Of a stretch of 64,000 bases of DNA, positions 47,654 to 57,943 are shown in pieces. Source of the stretch: an uncultured bacterium (lineage in GTDB: Bacteria; Patescibacteriota; Minisyncoccia; UBA6257; 2-01-FULL-56-20); NCBI GenBank assembly GCA_963844965.1, contig CAWJQC010000008.1:92185-156184 (forward strand). The letters run 5' to 3'. Under the pieces are notes generated by a model. The model did no database searches and was not told the origin of the DNA. It worked only from the letters and a program-made list of their open reading frames with translations. Within the stretch, counting starts at the first letter, position 1. Each line of letters begins with the position of its first letter. The position numbers were made by a program, and so were the translations under genes.

Positions 47654-48439
47654 ATGAAGAAACGATTGATTCTGTCGCAACTGATTGTATTTCTATTCGT
47701 CGTTTTCGTATCCATCTCAATGGCCACGCAAGGACAGCATTCCACACCCGCGCCACGAAGCAGCCCCCCTGGCGGTGGCCAAAAAGTTGTTGCGCCACCC
47801 ACGCAACGCGGCGGCCCACAACGAACCACTCCGGCACAACTACAACGTCCCACCCAAAATCGAACCTATCGCATTCCCGCGCAGGGACCTTTGCCACAGG
47901 CGCGCGGTGGCCCCGGTGTTTACAACCGATCATATTATCCGCAAATGCCCAGTCCGCGCCAGAACAACCGGCGACGGTTTAGTGGAGAATATCGCGGCGG
48001 TGAAAGCCGCTTCGGCGGCTACGGCGGGCGCTACTTCGGTGGCGGACGCAACCGCGGTTATTACGGCGGTTTGAGGGGCTACGGCGGGAGAAGCCACGGC
48101 TGGGGGTATGGGTACCACAGTTGGAGCTATATCTGGTTTTTACTCTTCGGTTTTGAATATGGACCACCCCCTTGGTATTGGGATCCGTTCTATTGGGATT
48201 CGTCGTACTATGGCGCCTACTGGGGACCGTGGTTCGGAAGGTGGGGGATCACCTATTGCCCGTATCCGTACTATCCATACTATCCATACGATGCGGCCAT
48301 TGGCTACTGCGGTCGCACCGGTGTGAAGTTTGACACCGGCGAGATCACGGACAGCACCGACAAAAAAATCATCCGCGAGAGCGAAGTATACGTGGACGGC
48401 CCTACGCCGGCATTGTTAAGGACTTTGACGGCCGGCTGA
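47654..48439 (+). CDS. secreted Gly/Tyr/Trp/Arg-rich low-complexity protein
   Basis: RBS AAGGAGG; N-terminal MKKRLILSQLIVFLFVVFVSISMA signal-peptide-like segment; GGYGGRYFGGGRNRGYYGGLRGYGG…PWYWDPFYWDSSYYGAYWGPWFGRWG. Confidence 0.55.
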   Translation: MKKRLILSQLIVFLFVVFVSISMATQGQHSTPAPRSSPPGGGQKVVAPPTQRGGPQRTTPAQLQRPTQNRTYRIPAQGPLPQARGGPGVYNRSYYPQMPSPRQNNRRRFSGEYRGGESRFGGYGGRYFGGGRNRGYYGGLRGYGGRSHGWGYGYHSWSYIWFLLFGFEYGPPPWYWDPFYWDSSYYGAYWGPWFGRWGITYCPYPYYPYYPYDAAIGYCGRTGVKFDTGEITDSTDKKIIRESEVYVDGPTPALLRTLTAG

Positions 48440-48474
48440 GGGGTGGGCTTCGTTTAGGCGCTGGAAATCATAAT

Positions 48475-48840
48475 GTGGAGGTGCGGTTGCCAAACAACCA
48501 AACCTTCACAAAGGAAGTGGATGTGCGGCAGTGTCAGGTTACGATTATACACATCCCACAACCTCCGCACCCCGCCACTTCCGGCTCGGCCACCCAACCC
48601 CAAAAGACAGAACCTCGGCAGGAAGGGAAAGTGAGCAAGCAACAAGACGAGAAGCTTGCCACCCCGACCCCGCCGATCACTGCCCCCGGCAATCCCGCCG
48701 GGCAGTCAACCGAGGATGAATTGGGGCAGCTACAGGAAGCGCGCAAAACGACAGCTGACGAGAATGCGCGCATCTTGAAGGAGTTGGACGAAGAAATCCA
48801 GAAGTTGCAGCAGAAAGCAAAAGAAGGAAACAAGCAATAA
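48475..48840 (+). CDS. hypothetical Pro/Thr-rich protein with C-terminal coiled-coil (GTG start)
   Basis: 121 aa; co-transcribed with 47654. Confidence 0.35.
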   Translation: MEVRLPNNQTFTKEVDVRQCQVTIIHIPQPPHPATSGSATQPQKTEPRQEGKVSKQQDEKLATPTPPITAPGNPAGQSTEDELGQLQEARKTTADENARILKELDEEIQKLQQKAKEGNKQ

Positions 48841-48866
48841 TTGTAGGTCCCGCTCGCAGGAGACCG

Positions 48867-48905
48867 GCCCAACCACCACAACTACCACAGGTTGGGCTTT
48901 TTTTA
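48867..48905 (+). terminator. Rho-independent terminator
   Basis: GCCCAACCaccacaactaccacaGGTTGGGCTTTTTTTAT. Confidence 0.7.
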
Positions 48906-49056
48906 TCCAAACGGCGTATTATAATCTAATTGATTTTGGCTTTTAAAAATTTTTCCACTTTCAATATGTCCGGCCATTCGCATTGGGCGGGCCGTCTACG
49001 GCGAGCCTCGCCCGGGAGTAGAACGTAAAATTGGGGTAAATTATTAAATTATAAAC

Positions 49057-49605
49057 ATGTCAGGCCATAGTCATTGGGCGGGAATAAAACATAAAAAAGG
49101 AGAGACCGACCAGAAGCGCGGAAAGGTTTTTTCCAAACTTCTCGCGGCTATTTCCGCCGCCGCGAAGTCCGAGCCGAACCCGGAATTCAACCCGCGCCTC
49201 CGGACAGCCGTGGAAAAAGCTAAGGAGGCGCACGTACCCGCGGAAAACATAGAACGAGCTATCAAACGCGCCACCGAGACAGGCGCGAATCTTGAGGAAC
49301 TTATTTTTGAGGCCTATGGGCCAGGCGGCACGGCAATCCTTGTTGAGGCGATTAGCGACAACAAAAACCGCACCGTGCAGGAGATCAAAAAAATACTGAA
49401 CGAACTCGATGGCAAGTGGGCAGAATCGGGAAGCGTGCGCTGGGCATTTTCCGCCGAAGGTGGATCCGCCTCAGGCGGAGAACGCGTCTGGCGCGCTAAA
49501 TTTCCTCAGGAACTCAACGAGGAGGACAAGAAAAAACTCCAAGAACTTATCGCCGCGCTTGAAGAACAGGACGACACGCAAAAAGTATACACCAATGCGG
49601 CATAA
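49057..49605 (+). CDS. YebC/PmpR-family probable transcriptional regulator (short form)
   Basis: MSGHSHWAGIKHKKGETDQKRGKVFSKL…NPRLRTAVEKAK…; 182 aa. Confidence 0.75.
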   Translation: MSGHSHWAGIKHKKGETDQKRGKVFSKLLAAISAAAKSEPNPEFNPRLRTAVEKAKEAHVPAENIERAIKRATETGANLEELIFEAYGPGGTAILVEAISDNKNRTVQEIKKILNELDGKWAESGSVRWAFSAEGGSASGGERVWRAKFPQELNEEDKKKLQELIAALEEQDDTQKVYTNAA

Positions 49606-49631
49606 CCGCGTCGTAATTTTCAATTTTTAAA

Positions 49632-50123
49632 ATGACCATTCTCGGCATTGATCCCGGCACGTCACGGATCGGCTATGGAATAATAAAAAAGCTTGCCGCG
49701 AACAAACTTGAACTCTTGGACGCCGGCCTTCTCGCTGTCGCCACAAAAGGTGCTGCCGCTCGCGGAAAGTATGACCACCTCAAAAACGCGAGGGGCGCGC
49801 TTGAGGAACTCATAAGAAAATTCAAGCCCGAAATTCTGGCAATAGAAAAAATCTACTTCATGAAGAACCAAAAAACGGGCATTTCTGTCGCCGAGATGCG
49901 CGGTGTCCTGATCGCGACAGCTACGGAAAACAACTTAGAGATTGACGAATATAGCCCGAACGAGATCAAAACCTGCGTGACCGGCTATGGCTTCGCGGAC
50001 AAAAAGGCGGTCCTAAAAATGGTGAGGTTGATACTCAACAAGCCAGACTTGAGCGTGATAGATGATGCAAGCGACGCAATCGCGGCAGCCATAGCGTCGG
50101 CAGGCGGCATCCACACGCGCTGA
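49632..50123 (+). CDS. ruvC: crossover junction endodeoxyribonuclease RuvC
   Basis: MTILGIDPGTSRIGYGII…; the catalytic Asp context typical of RuvC. Confidence 0.85.
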   Translation: MTILGIDPGTSRIGYGIIKKLAANKLELLDAGLLAVATKGAAARGKYDHLKNARGALEELIRKFKPEILAIEKIYFMKNQKTGISVAEMRGVLIATATENNLEIDEYSPNEIKTCVTGYGFADKKAVLKMVRLILNKPDLSVIDDASDAIAAAIASAGGIHTR

Positions 50124-50394
50124 TCCTTCGCTAGAATAGCGCACTAACCGGCAAAAAGTTATCCACACCCGCGGCAGGGTTGACCCCCACACCACAAGGT
50201 GGATAATTGTTTTTAAAAGCTGGGGTTTTATTGTACAAAAACCAATAATCCCGCTACCAAAAGTGGATTTTCAGAAATGAGATATCAATCCATATTTGGT
50301 CTGGGGGGGTTGACACGAGCCTGCTTTAGAATATACTCCTGAAAATCACCACAAAACCCAACTTGGAAATTAAAAAGGTCGAGAATTTTTCAAT

Positions 50395-50562
50395 ATGGCG
50401 GTTCGCGAAACACAAAAAATAAACCATTTTGAAACAATGTTCCGCGCATTAAGCGACGAGGAGCCGGAAGACGGCGGAGTACCGGAAGGGGGCGACGATC
50501 TCGACTCGGATCAACCAGAAAATTTAGAAGAGGGAGAAAAGGAGGAGGGAACGGACATATAG
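50395..50562 (+). CDS. small acidic protein (55 aa), speculative
   Basis: MAVRETQKINHFETMFRALSDEEPEDGGVPEGGDDLDSDQPENLEEGEKEEGTDI. A TTGACA-16-TATACT promoter lies at about 50309-50336. Confidence 0.2.
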   Translation: MAVRETQKINHFETMFRALSDEEPEDGGVPEGGDDLDSDQPENLEEGEKEEGTDI

Positions 50563-50826
50563 CGGTTCGTCCGACCCTTGGCCCAAATCAGTTAAAACAG
50601 ACCCATCTTCCTACGCAGCTCCAGTTGCGCAAGAAATCTACGAACGGCGCCGACCCATTGCAAAACGACATGCTTTGGTAAGCGGCCGTTTTTGATTGTT
50701 TGACACGGACACACGGGGACGATTTGCAATCCAAAAAATTGTGGTAGAAAATTAGTTCAACGACGAACCCAGCTGTCGTGGGCAGTCTCGTTTCAAATTA
50801 ACCGGAGGACGCACTAACGATTATCA

Positions 50827-53251
50827 ATGGCGATTGTCAAAAAAATAATTTTGATTATATTCATAATCGGCGCCGTAGGCACGGCAACCTCTGTTTTGGC
50901 ATATTTTTATTTTGCTAGAGATCTTCCTACTATGGAGCAGATAAAAGACAGGCAAATAAGTCAATCTACAAAAATCTACGATAAGACGGGAACGGTGCTT
51001 TTGTACCAAATAAGCGGCTCGGAGGACAGGACCATCGTCCCATTCGAAAGCATCCCGCAGAATTTGAAGGACGCAACCATTGCTATTGAGGATAAAAATT
51101 TTTACAACGAACCCGGATTCTCGTGGAGCGGCTATCTGCGAGCCTTTATCACGAACCTCGTTCACGGGCAAATACTACAAGGCGGTTCAACAATTACCCA
51201 ACAGTTGGCAAGGAACACCTTCCTCACGACGGACCAAACCGTTACCAGAAAAATCAAAGAGCTCATACTGGCCATAAGAACTGAACCGCTACTATACCAA
51301 AGACCAGATACTTGCGCTCTACCTCAACGATATCCCGTACGGCCCTACCGCCTACGGAGTGGAGGAGGCCAGCCAAGAATATTTCAACAAATCCGCGCGG
51401 GATTTGAACCTCGCCGAAAGCGCCACGCTTGCCGCGATTCCCAAAGCCCCAACTTACTATTACCCCTGGGGAAATCACGTGAGCGACCTCATAAGCCGCG
51501 AGAAACTGGTCCTGGAAAAAATGCTTGAACTCGGGAAAATCACACAGAAGGAATACGACGGAGCGGTGAAATATAAAATCGTTTTCGCGCCGCAGGGGAA
51601 AGAAATAAAAGCCCCGCATTTCGTGATGGCTGTTCAGGATTACCTTGCGCAAAAATATGGTGAGGATATGGTGCGTGAGGGTGGCCTTCGCGTCGTGACT
51701 ACTCTTGACTGGAATCTTCAGCAGATCGCAGAAAAAGCGGTCGCCGACGGTGCCGCGCAGAACGAATCCCTCTACCAAGGAAAAAACGCGGCGCTCGTCG
51801 CCGAAGACGCGAAGACCGGCCAGATACTCGCCCTGGTCGGTTCGCGCGACTATTTTGACACGAAAAACGACGGTAATTTTGATGTCGCAACACAAGGATT
51901 ACGCCAGCCGGGTTCTTCCCTAAAACCATTCGTTTACCTCACGGCGTTCGAAAAAGGGTACACTCCCGACACCGTTGTCTTTGACGTGCCGACCGAATTC
52001 GCGGCTAACAATCCCGTCTGCCCGCCGAATCCCGATTACAAAAACGACAATCCGCAATGCTTCCATCCAGAAAATTTTGACGGCCAATTCCGCGGACCGG
52101 TGACCCTAAGGCAAGCCCTTGCTCAATCTATAAACGTCCCCTCGGTAAAAGTTCTTTACCTTGCCAGCTTGAACGATTCGGTGAAGAACGCCTACAACTT
52201 CAGCCTGACGACGCTCACCAACCCGAACCTCTACGGTTTGTCGCTGGTTTTAGGAGGAGGAGCTGTTAAATTAATTGACCTGGTCGGAGCCTATTCGGCT
52301 CTTGCCCAGGACGGCATCAAGCATGCACAGTCGATGATACTGGAGGTTAGTGACGCCACAGGGAACACGTTGGAGTCTTATCAGGACGAGAACACCAAAG
52401 TCTCCGATCCACAACCAATAAGATTGGTCAACAACATCCTCTCCGACGCGGAAGCGCGCAGTGGGCTTTTTCAAAACAGTTTAGACCTCACCGTCTTTCC
52501 GGATCACGATGTGGCGCTCAAAACTGGGACATCCAACGACTACCGTGACGCCTGGGCCATCGGCTATACTCCCTCGCTCGTTGTCGGCGTCTGGGCCGGA
52601 AACAACGACAACTCTCCGATGCAGCGTCATGGTTCAAGTATTCTGGCCGCCGTCCCGATATGGCACGCTTTCATGGCCGAAGCCATAAAGAATCTGCCGC
52701 TTGAAACATTCAATCGTCCCGACCCAACTAACCCGCAAAAGCCGATCTTAGCCGGAAATTACCTGTACAACAAACAGATTCATACAATCCTTTATTATGT
52801 TGACAAGACGGACCCCGAAGGCCCGCCCCCGACAAATCCATTCAACGATTCCCAGTTCGTGAACTGGGAATACGGAGTTCTCGCGTGGGCCAAAGATAAT
52901 CTTCCCGACTTTTCTAGCTATAACCAGTCAATAACCACAACAAACCAGGCGACAAGCACGTCCGTAAATATCCCGCCAAAGATTGAAATAAAAAACCCTG
53001 TGGTCGGTAGTTTTATAAGCGGCCCGATAAATATCAACGCCGCAATCACGGCTTCCGCTCCGATTGCTAAAATAAGGGTCTATTTCAACAACCAACTCGT
53101 CGACGATTCAGGTCTTAGTGGTAGTTTAAACTACAATTTTAACTGGTCGTTCACGCCCCGAGACACACAACCGCAAAATTTGATCCAAGTGGAAGTAGTA
53201 GACCAAAACAACATTTCAACGCGCGAGGGAGTAATTGTATATGGCCAGTAG
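50827..53251 (+). CDS. class A penicillin-binding protein (transglycosylase + transpeptidase), split by a frameshift near 51290-51320
   Basis: GT51 motifs EDKNFY and GGSTITQQLA in ORF 50827... The transpeptidase body (…SLKPFVY…KTGT…) is in 51359..53251, and its frame continues upstream as TKDQILALYLNDIPYG. Confidence 0.85.
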
Positions 53252-53266
53252 CCGATTCTAAATTCG

Positions 53267-54380
53267 TCAACTGTTCGCTATGGGTTTCAGAATATAAAGA
53301 TACGAATTATCGTTGGGTGATTTTATAAGAGCTGGTTCGCTGTCGCTTGTGATCCCCAAAAATACTTCTTCCGCTTTCAGGATTTTAATAACGTCGGCCA
53401 AATATCTCCAGTTAAAAATAGTTTTATTTGGTTTTCCTTGAATTTTCGCCGGCAACAGATATTTATTCTCACCAATAACCTGGTCAGACGATTCAACCTC
53501 TAGGACTTTTTTATTTTCCTGGATATTAAGGGTTGTCTCGCTGCTCCTTGTCCCAAAAATGCCGGCTAACTTCAGAGCTTCGGTAAATTCCTGTTTATTG
53601 ATTATGATTTCCGCGCCGAACTTTCTGGGTATTATCGCATTATAATCGGGGAAGTTTCCTTCGATCAGGCGCGAAAGGAATTCTAATTGCTCGGTTTTAA
53701 ATAATATTTGATTACTATCGTGGTAAATCCTGACGATATTCATTATTATTCAGGATTCTTATAAGTTCTTGAGTTGTTTTTAAAGGAATAAGAACTCTGA
53801 AATTTTCCTTGGAATTAGCGGTAAATTCTGAAGAGTTTATTGTCTTCTCAGCTAATCTAAAGCTGTCGGTTGCGGCTAATTTAATATTATTCACCGAAAA
53901 TTCAAACAAAACACTATTTAACTCCGGTCTCAAATCGGAGAATTGAGAGGCGACAAGTACTTGATTAAGTGCTTCTCTGAATATTTCTGTTTTTATTTCT
54001 ATATATTCTTCGTTATTTTTTATCTTCGGAGTTATAGGAAAATCATCAGCCGCAAGACCGTGGACCGAAGCGTTATAATTATCGGTTTTTATTTCCAATT
54101 TATTTCCCCTTTTTTCTATATTTAATCTTTCGCTTTGAATATTATTTATCAGATTATAAATCACACTTATCGGCACGGTGAACTTTCCGTTTTCAATAAT
54201 TTTGCCTGATATATTACAACTTATTGCAATTTCTAAATTAGTAGTTGTTAGTCTTATTTTATTATTCTCAACCTCAAAGAGAACGTTTTTTAATATCGGC
54301 AAATTCAGATTGTCTCCGGCTCCTCGTTCGGTCACCGCAAGGCCGTCCTTTAGGTTTGTTTTAATAACTATAAATTTCAT
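53267..54380 (-). CDS. dnaN: DNA polymerase III beta sliding clamp, split by a frameshift near 53715-53745
   Basis: N-terminal MKFIVIKTNLKDGLAVTERGAG… is typical of DnaN. The C-part is in ORF 53267..53743. Confidence 0.8.
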
Positions 54381-54501
54381 TTATTTATATTAATACTTAT
54401 TGTTGTAGTTATTTTTATTATTATACTGTTAGTTGTGTGAATAAGTAAATAAACTTTAATTTACAGTTTCAATTTTTAATTTCTTTTTTGTTCATATCTT
54501 G

Positions 54502-55863
54502 TTATGAACTTTTATAAATCATCTCTTTTATCATTAAGATCTTCTGATTTAAATTTGAATTCCTGTTGACTTCCTGATTTATTTTTTCGTAGGAATGTAT
54601 GGCTGTTGTGTGGTCTCTGCCCATTTTATCCCCAATATACGGATACGACAACTCCAAGATATCCCGAAGAAGATACATTGCTATCTGTCTCGGCTCTACT
54701 ATTTCCTTCTTTCTATTATGACTTACGAGACTTTCTATTGAGATATTAAAGAATTCGGCTACCGATTTTAAAACCTGGCCATCGTTTACGTGCTTAGCAA
54801 GCGTCTGTATTGATTTTTCTATTATTTCTCCGGCTATCTTTTCCGTCACTTCAACCTGCTTTCTTTCTTTGTAGAATAATATTTTCTTTAAAACTCCTTC
54901 TAATTCTCTTATGTTTTTCTTGACTTTTTTGGCTATTAGATCAATAACCGCGTCGCTTAGTTCACTATTTGCCTCTTGAAGTTTACTTTTTATAATAGCG
55001 ACGCGCATTTCATATTCCGGATATATGATATCCGCCACCAAACCTCCTTCAAATCTGGACCTCAGCCGCTCTTGAAGTGTTGGTATGGATTGCGGCGGCC
55101 TATCTGAAGATATAATAATTTGTTTGTTCATCTCGTATAAAGCATTGAAAGTATGAAAAAATTCTTCTTCGGTTTTTTCTTTTCCTCCGATGAATTGGAT
55201 GTCATCAATAATTAGAACGTCAACATCTCTGTATTTTTTCTTAATATCTTCCATCCGTTTGTTCCTTATAGCCCAAACAATATCGCTCGTAAACCTTTCC
55301 GACGGTACGTATCGCGGCTTTATTTTGTTTTGGAAGTTCGCGCGCACTTCGTTCCCTATCGCCTGGATAAGATGGGTTTTACCAAGACCAACGCCTCCAT
55401 ATACGAAGAACGGGTTGTATTTCGTTCCGATTTCTTTGGCGACGGCCGAAGCAGCCGCGAACGCCAATTCGTTTGATGGGCCGACAATGAACGAGTCTAG
55501 GGTGTAGCGCGGATTCAGATTGGTTTCCGGATCTACTTTGAAATCCAGATCAATAGCGTTTTCAGCGCCCGCCTGATTTAACATCGCCACCTTCTTGTTA
55601 GAGGTATCGGGTTCGCGGCTATCAACCATAAATTCAAGTTTTTTGGCAGAGTTGTCGAAGTTTCTCAGAATTCCGAGGATGTTTTTTTGATATTTATTCT
55701 CAACCCACTCTTTCGCAAAGTTATTCGGTAGGGAGACATAGAAAACCCCATCTCTTTTATCTACCAGGCGGCTGTTTTTGAGCCAGGTGGCGAAATTGGC
55801 CCTCGATAATTGGACTTCTATCTCTCCTAAGGTTGTCTGCCAGAGCTGGTTCAGGTCGTCCAT
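54502..55863 (-). CDS. dnaA: chromosomal replication initiator protein DnaA
   Basis: Start MDDLNQLWQTTL; GVGLGKTHLIQAIGNE Walker A; a C-terminal DNA-binding domain. Confidence 0.9.
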   Translation of the reverse strand: MDDLNQLWQTTLGEIEVQLSRANFATWLKNSRLVDKRDGVFYVSLPNNFAKEWVENKYQKNILGILRNFDNSAKKLEFMVDSREPDTSNKKVAMLNQAGAENAIDLDFKVDPETNLNPRYTLDSFIVGPSNELAFAAASAVAKEIGTKYNPFFVYGGVGLGKTHLIQAIGNEVRANFQNKIKPRYVPSERFTSDIVWAIRNKRMEDIKKKYRDVDVLIIDDIQFIGGKEKTEEEFFHTFNALYEMNKQIIISSDRPPQSIPTLQERLRSRFEGGLVADIIYPEYEMRVAIIKSKLQEANSELSDAVIDLIAKKVKKNIRELEGVLKKILFYKERKQVEVTEKIAGEIIEKSIQTLAKHVNDGQVLKSVAEFFNISIESLVSHNRKKEIVEPRQIAMYLLRDILELSYPYIGDKMGRDHTTAIHSYEKINQEVNRNSNLNQKILMIKEMIYKSS

Positions 55864-56051
55864 GAAAATTTTGTTAATTCGTTTAGAAAGTTTATACCAC
55901 CAAACCCACAACAAAACAATATCAGTCTAATTCTATTTTTAATTCCGTTGTAATTGAAGAGCTTGGATATCACAATTTGGGGATTAACTGTTAATAACTT
56001 TTTTAATATATATACTACCACGGTTAATGACAATTCAAAAATAGTATGTTA
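55864..56051. promoter_or_regulatory. putative oriC / dnaA-rpmH divergent control region (AT-rich, DnaA-box-like 9-mers)
   Basis: ATATCACAA and TTATCCTAA(rc)-like boxes. Conserved rpmH-rnpA-yidC-jag / dnaA-dnaN synteny. Confidence 0.4.
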
Positions 56052-56186
56052 GGATAACGGAATGTCGGTTACATACCAGCCCAAAAAGAGAAAACGGCGC
56101 CGAACGCATGGTTTCAGGACGAGACAAAGGACCAGCGGCGGACGGAACGTTTTGAGCCGCCGGAGACAAAAAGGCAGGCGCAGACT
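56052..56186 (+). CDS. rpmH: 50S ribosomal protein L34
   Basis: [44 protein letters not shown]; not in the ORF track (44 aa). Confidence 0.85.
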
Positions 56187-56306
56187 GATAGTTTGACGCC
56201 GCTGGCCGTCGTCTGCCCGGGCACCGATCGGATTGTCGTCAGGTATGTTTAGCGGCAGTTCGATGGGGTTCGGTAAGGATTTTGGCGGCTGGTGGTGATT
56301 TGCGCG

Positions 56307-56648
56307 ATGCTCGCGAAGAAATTTCGTTTGCCGCTTGCAAAAAAAACCACAGGATTTAGGCGATTGTATTCCTCGCCGTATTTTTTGATAAAATTAAGTG
56401 AAAACAGCGAGGGATATAATAGATTCGGAATCATAGTTCCGGCAAGCGCAGTCAGGAAATCTGCACGGAGACATTTCTGGAAGCGTCAGATAACAGAATG
56501 TTTCAGGCGCTGGCCGAATTTTAAAAAAGATTTTTTAGTGATAGTTTCTCCGAAAATAGAAAGCGCTGACAAAAAAATTATAAAATTGGAACTTGAAAGG
56601 GCGGAGAAGGCACTTAGCAATCAAATTAATCAGTCATTAAATTATTAA
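56307..56648 (+). CDS. rnpA: ribonuclease P protein component
   Basis: …FGIIVPASAVRKSARRHFWKRQITECFR… is the RnpA RNR-motif region (alternative GTG start 56292). Confidence 0.8.
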   Translation: MLAKKFRLPLAKKTTGFRRLYSSPYFLIKLSENSEGYNRFGIIVPASAVRKSARRHFWKRQITECFRRWPNFKKDFLVIVSPKIESADKKIIKLELERAEKALSNQINQSLNY

Positions 56649-56718
56649 ATCATCGGGCGCGAGTTGTTCGCACACAATAATTCAAACAGCTTATTACTCA
56701 TTAACCGATAAAAGTTAA

Positions 56719-57450
56719 ATGCTTTCCCTTTACAATACAATATTATATCGGCCCCTCTTGAACATCCTTATTTTTTTCTACAACACGATCGCGTTCAAGG
56801 ATTTGGGATTATCCATAATATTTTTGACGGTTCTCATTCGTCTGATACTTTTCCCGATCTTTCACAAAAGCGCGCGGCATCAAACCGTAATGCAGCGGTT
56901 GCAGCCGGAACTCAAGAAAATCCAAGAGCTGCACAAGGGCAATCGCGAGAAACAGACCGAAGCGATGATGAATCTCTATAAACAATATAACGTGAACCCA
57001 TTTTCCGGTTTTTTGTTGCTCTTGGTCCAGATACCGATTCTCATAGCTCTTTATCAGATAATTTTAAAAAGTTTGAGGCCGGGTTTTTCGTCCGGACTTT
57101 ATAGTTTTGTGAGCGCGCCGGTCTCCATCAATTCTAATTTTTTGGGCTTGATAAATTTGGCCGGGAGGAGTATTGTTGTAGTGGCGTTGGCGGCTTTAGC
57201 CCAGTATTTTCAAGGAAAATTGAGCCTCCCGCAGAACACCGGGAACGCGGCGTCGGATCCCGCACAAAGAATAAGCCGCCAGATGGTTTTTGTGGCGCCA
57301 GTTGTGACCCTTATAATTTTCTACAACCTGCCGGCCGCCATCGGGCTTTATTGGCTGGTCGCCTCTTTGTTCTCGGTTTTTCAGCAGCTTGTAGTCAATC
57401 GCCAAAAAGAAAATGGAAAATTTGGAAACGTTGGTAAAAAAAATAATTGA
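56719..57450 (+). CDS. yidC: YidC/Oxa1-family membrane protein insertase (short form)
   Basis: 243 aa, 5 TM; conserved position after rnpA. Confidence 0.8.
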   Translation: MLSLYNTILYRPLLNILIFFYNTIAFKDLGLSIIFLTVLIRLILFPIFHKSARHQTVMQRLQPELKKIQELHKGNREKQTEAMMNLYKQYNVNPFSGFLLLLVQIPILIALYQIILKSLRPGFSSGLYSFVSAPVSINSNFLGLINLAGRSIVVVALAALAQYFQGKLSLPQNTGNAASDPAQRISRQMVFVAPVVTLIIFYNLPAAIGLYWLVASLFSVFQQLVVNRQKENGKFGNVGKKNN

Positions 57451-57859
57451 ACTAATGGGCTTTTCCGATTTTAAGGTTGACCTAAAATCCGATCAGAGGC
57501 GCGGTTCGGTTTTTATATACGACAGCCCGACTTTGGTGAAGGAGAATTTGCCGGTGCTGGTGGAGAGCGTGAACCACATTCTGCAAATGGTTACGAAAAA
57601 AAGGTCCGAGCCGCCGGTTTTTTTTGATATCAATGGTTATCGGCAGGAGCGCGAAAATCTGATAGCGGAATTGGCGCGCGCCGCGGCGAAGAAGGTTTTG
57701 CAGACCAAGACGCGCGTTTCTCTTCCGGCGATGAATTCATATGAAAGGCGGATCGTCCACATGGAATTAGCCATCCATCCCGAAGTTACCACCGAAAGTT
57801 TCGGAGCGGGGAAGGAGCGGTATGTGATAGTCAAGCCCGTGGAGGAGAAGGTTGGTTAG
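57413..57859 (+). CDS. jag: Jag/KhpB RNA-binding protein (KH + R3H domains)
   Basis: R3H motif …YERRIVHMEL…; position after yidC. Confidence 0.75.
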   Translation: MENLETLVKKIIELMGFSDFKVDLKSDQRRGSVFIYDSPTLVKENLPVLVESVNHILQMVTKKRSEPPVFFDINGYRQERENLIAELARAAAKKVLQTKTRVSLPAMNSYERRIVHMELAIHPEVTTESFGAGKERYVIVKPVEEKVG

Positions 57860-57887
57860 CCCCCGACGCTGTTCGCCGGTTCCCAAC

Positions 57888-57925
57888 AAAACAGCTTTTC
57901 GCGCGAAAAGCTGTTTTATGTTATT
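57888..57925. terminator. bidirectional Rho-independent terminator
   Basis: AAAACAGCTTTTCgcgcGAAAAGCTGTTTTATGTTATTT. Confidence 0.75.
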
Positions 57926-57943
57926 TGCGTCAGAGCCGGAGAC

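Noticed and set aside
47624-48326. Multiple overlapping ORFs in both strands over 47595-48330
   Set aside because: Shadow frames of the Gly/Tyr-rich repeat gene. Only 47654..48439 has a promoter, an RBS and a signal peptide.
4537-53745. Alternative genetic code (UGA recoding, as in some CPR lineages) to explain split genes
   Set aside because: Several split points end with TAA, not TGA. Reading through TGA does not restore homologous sequence; the homologous continuation is always in a shifted frame.
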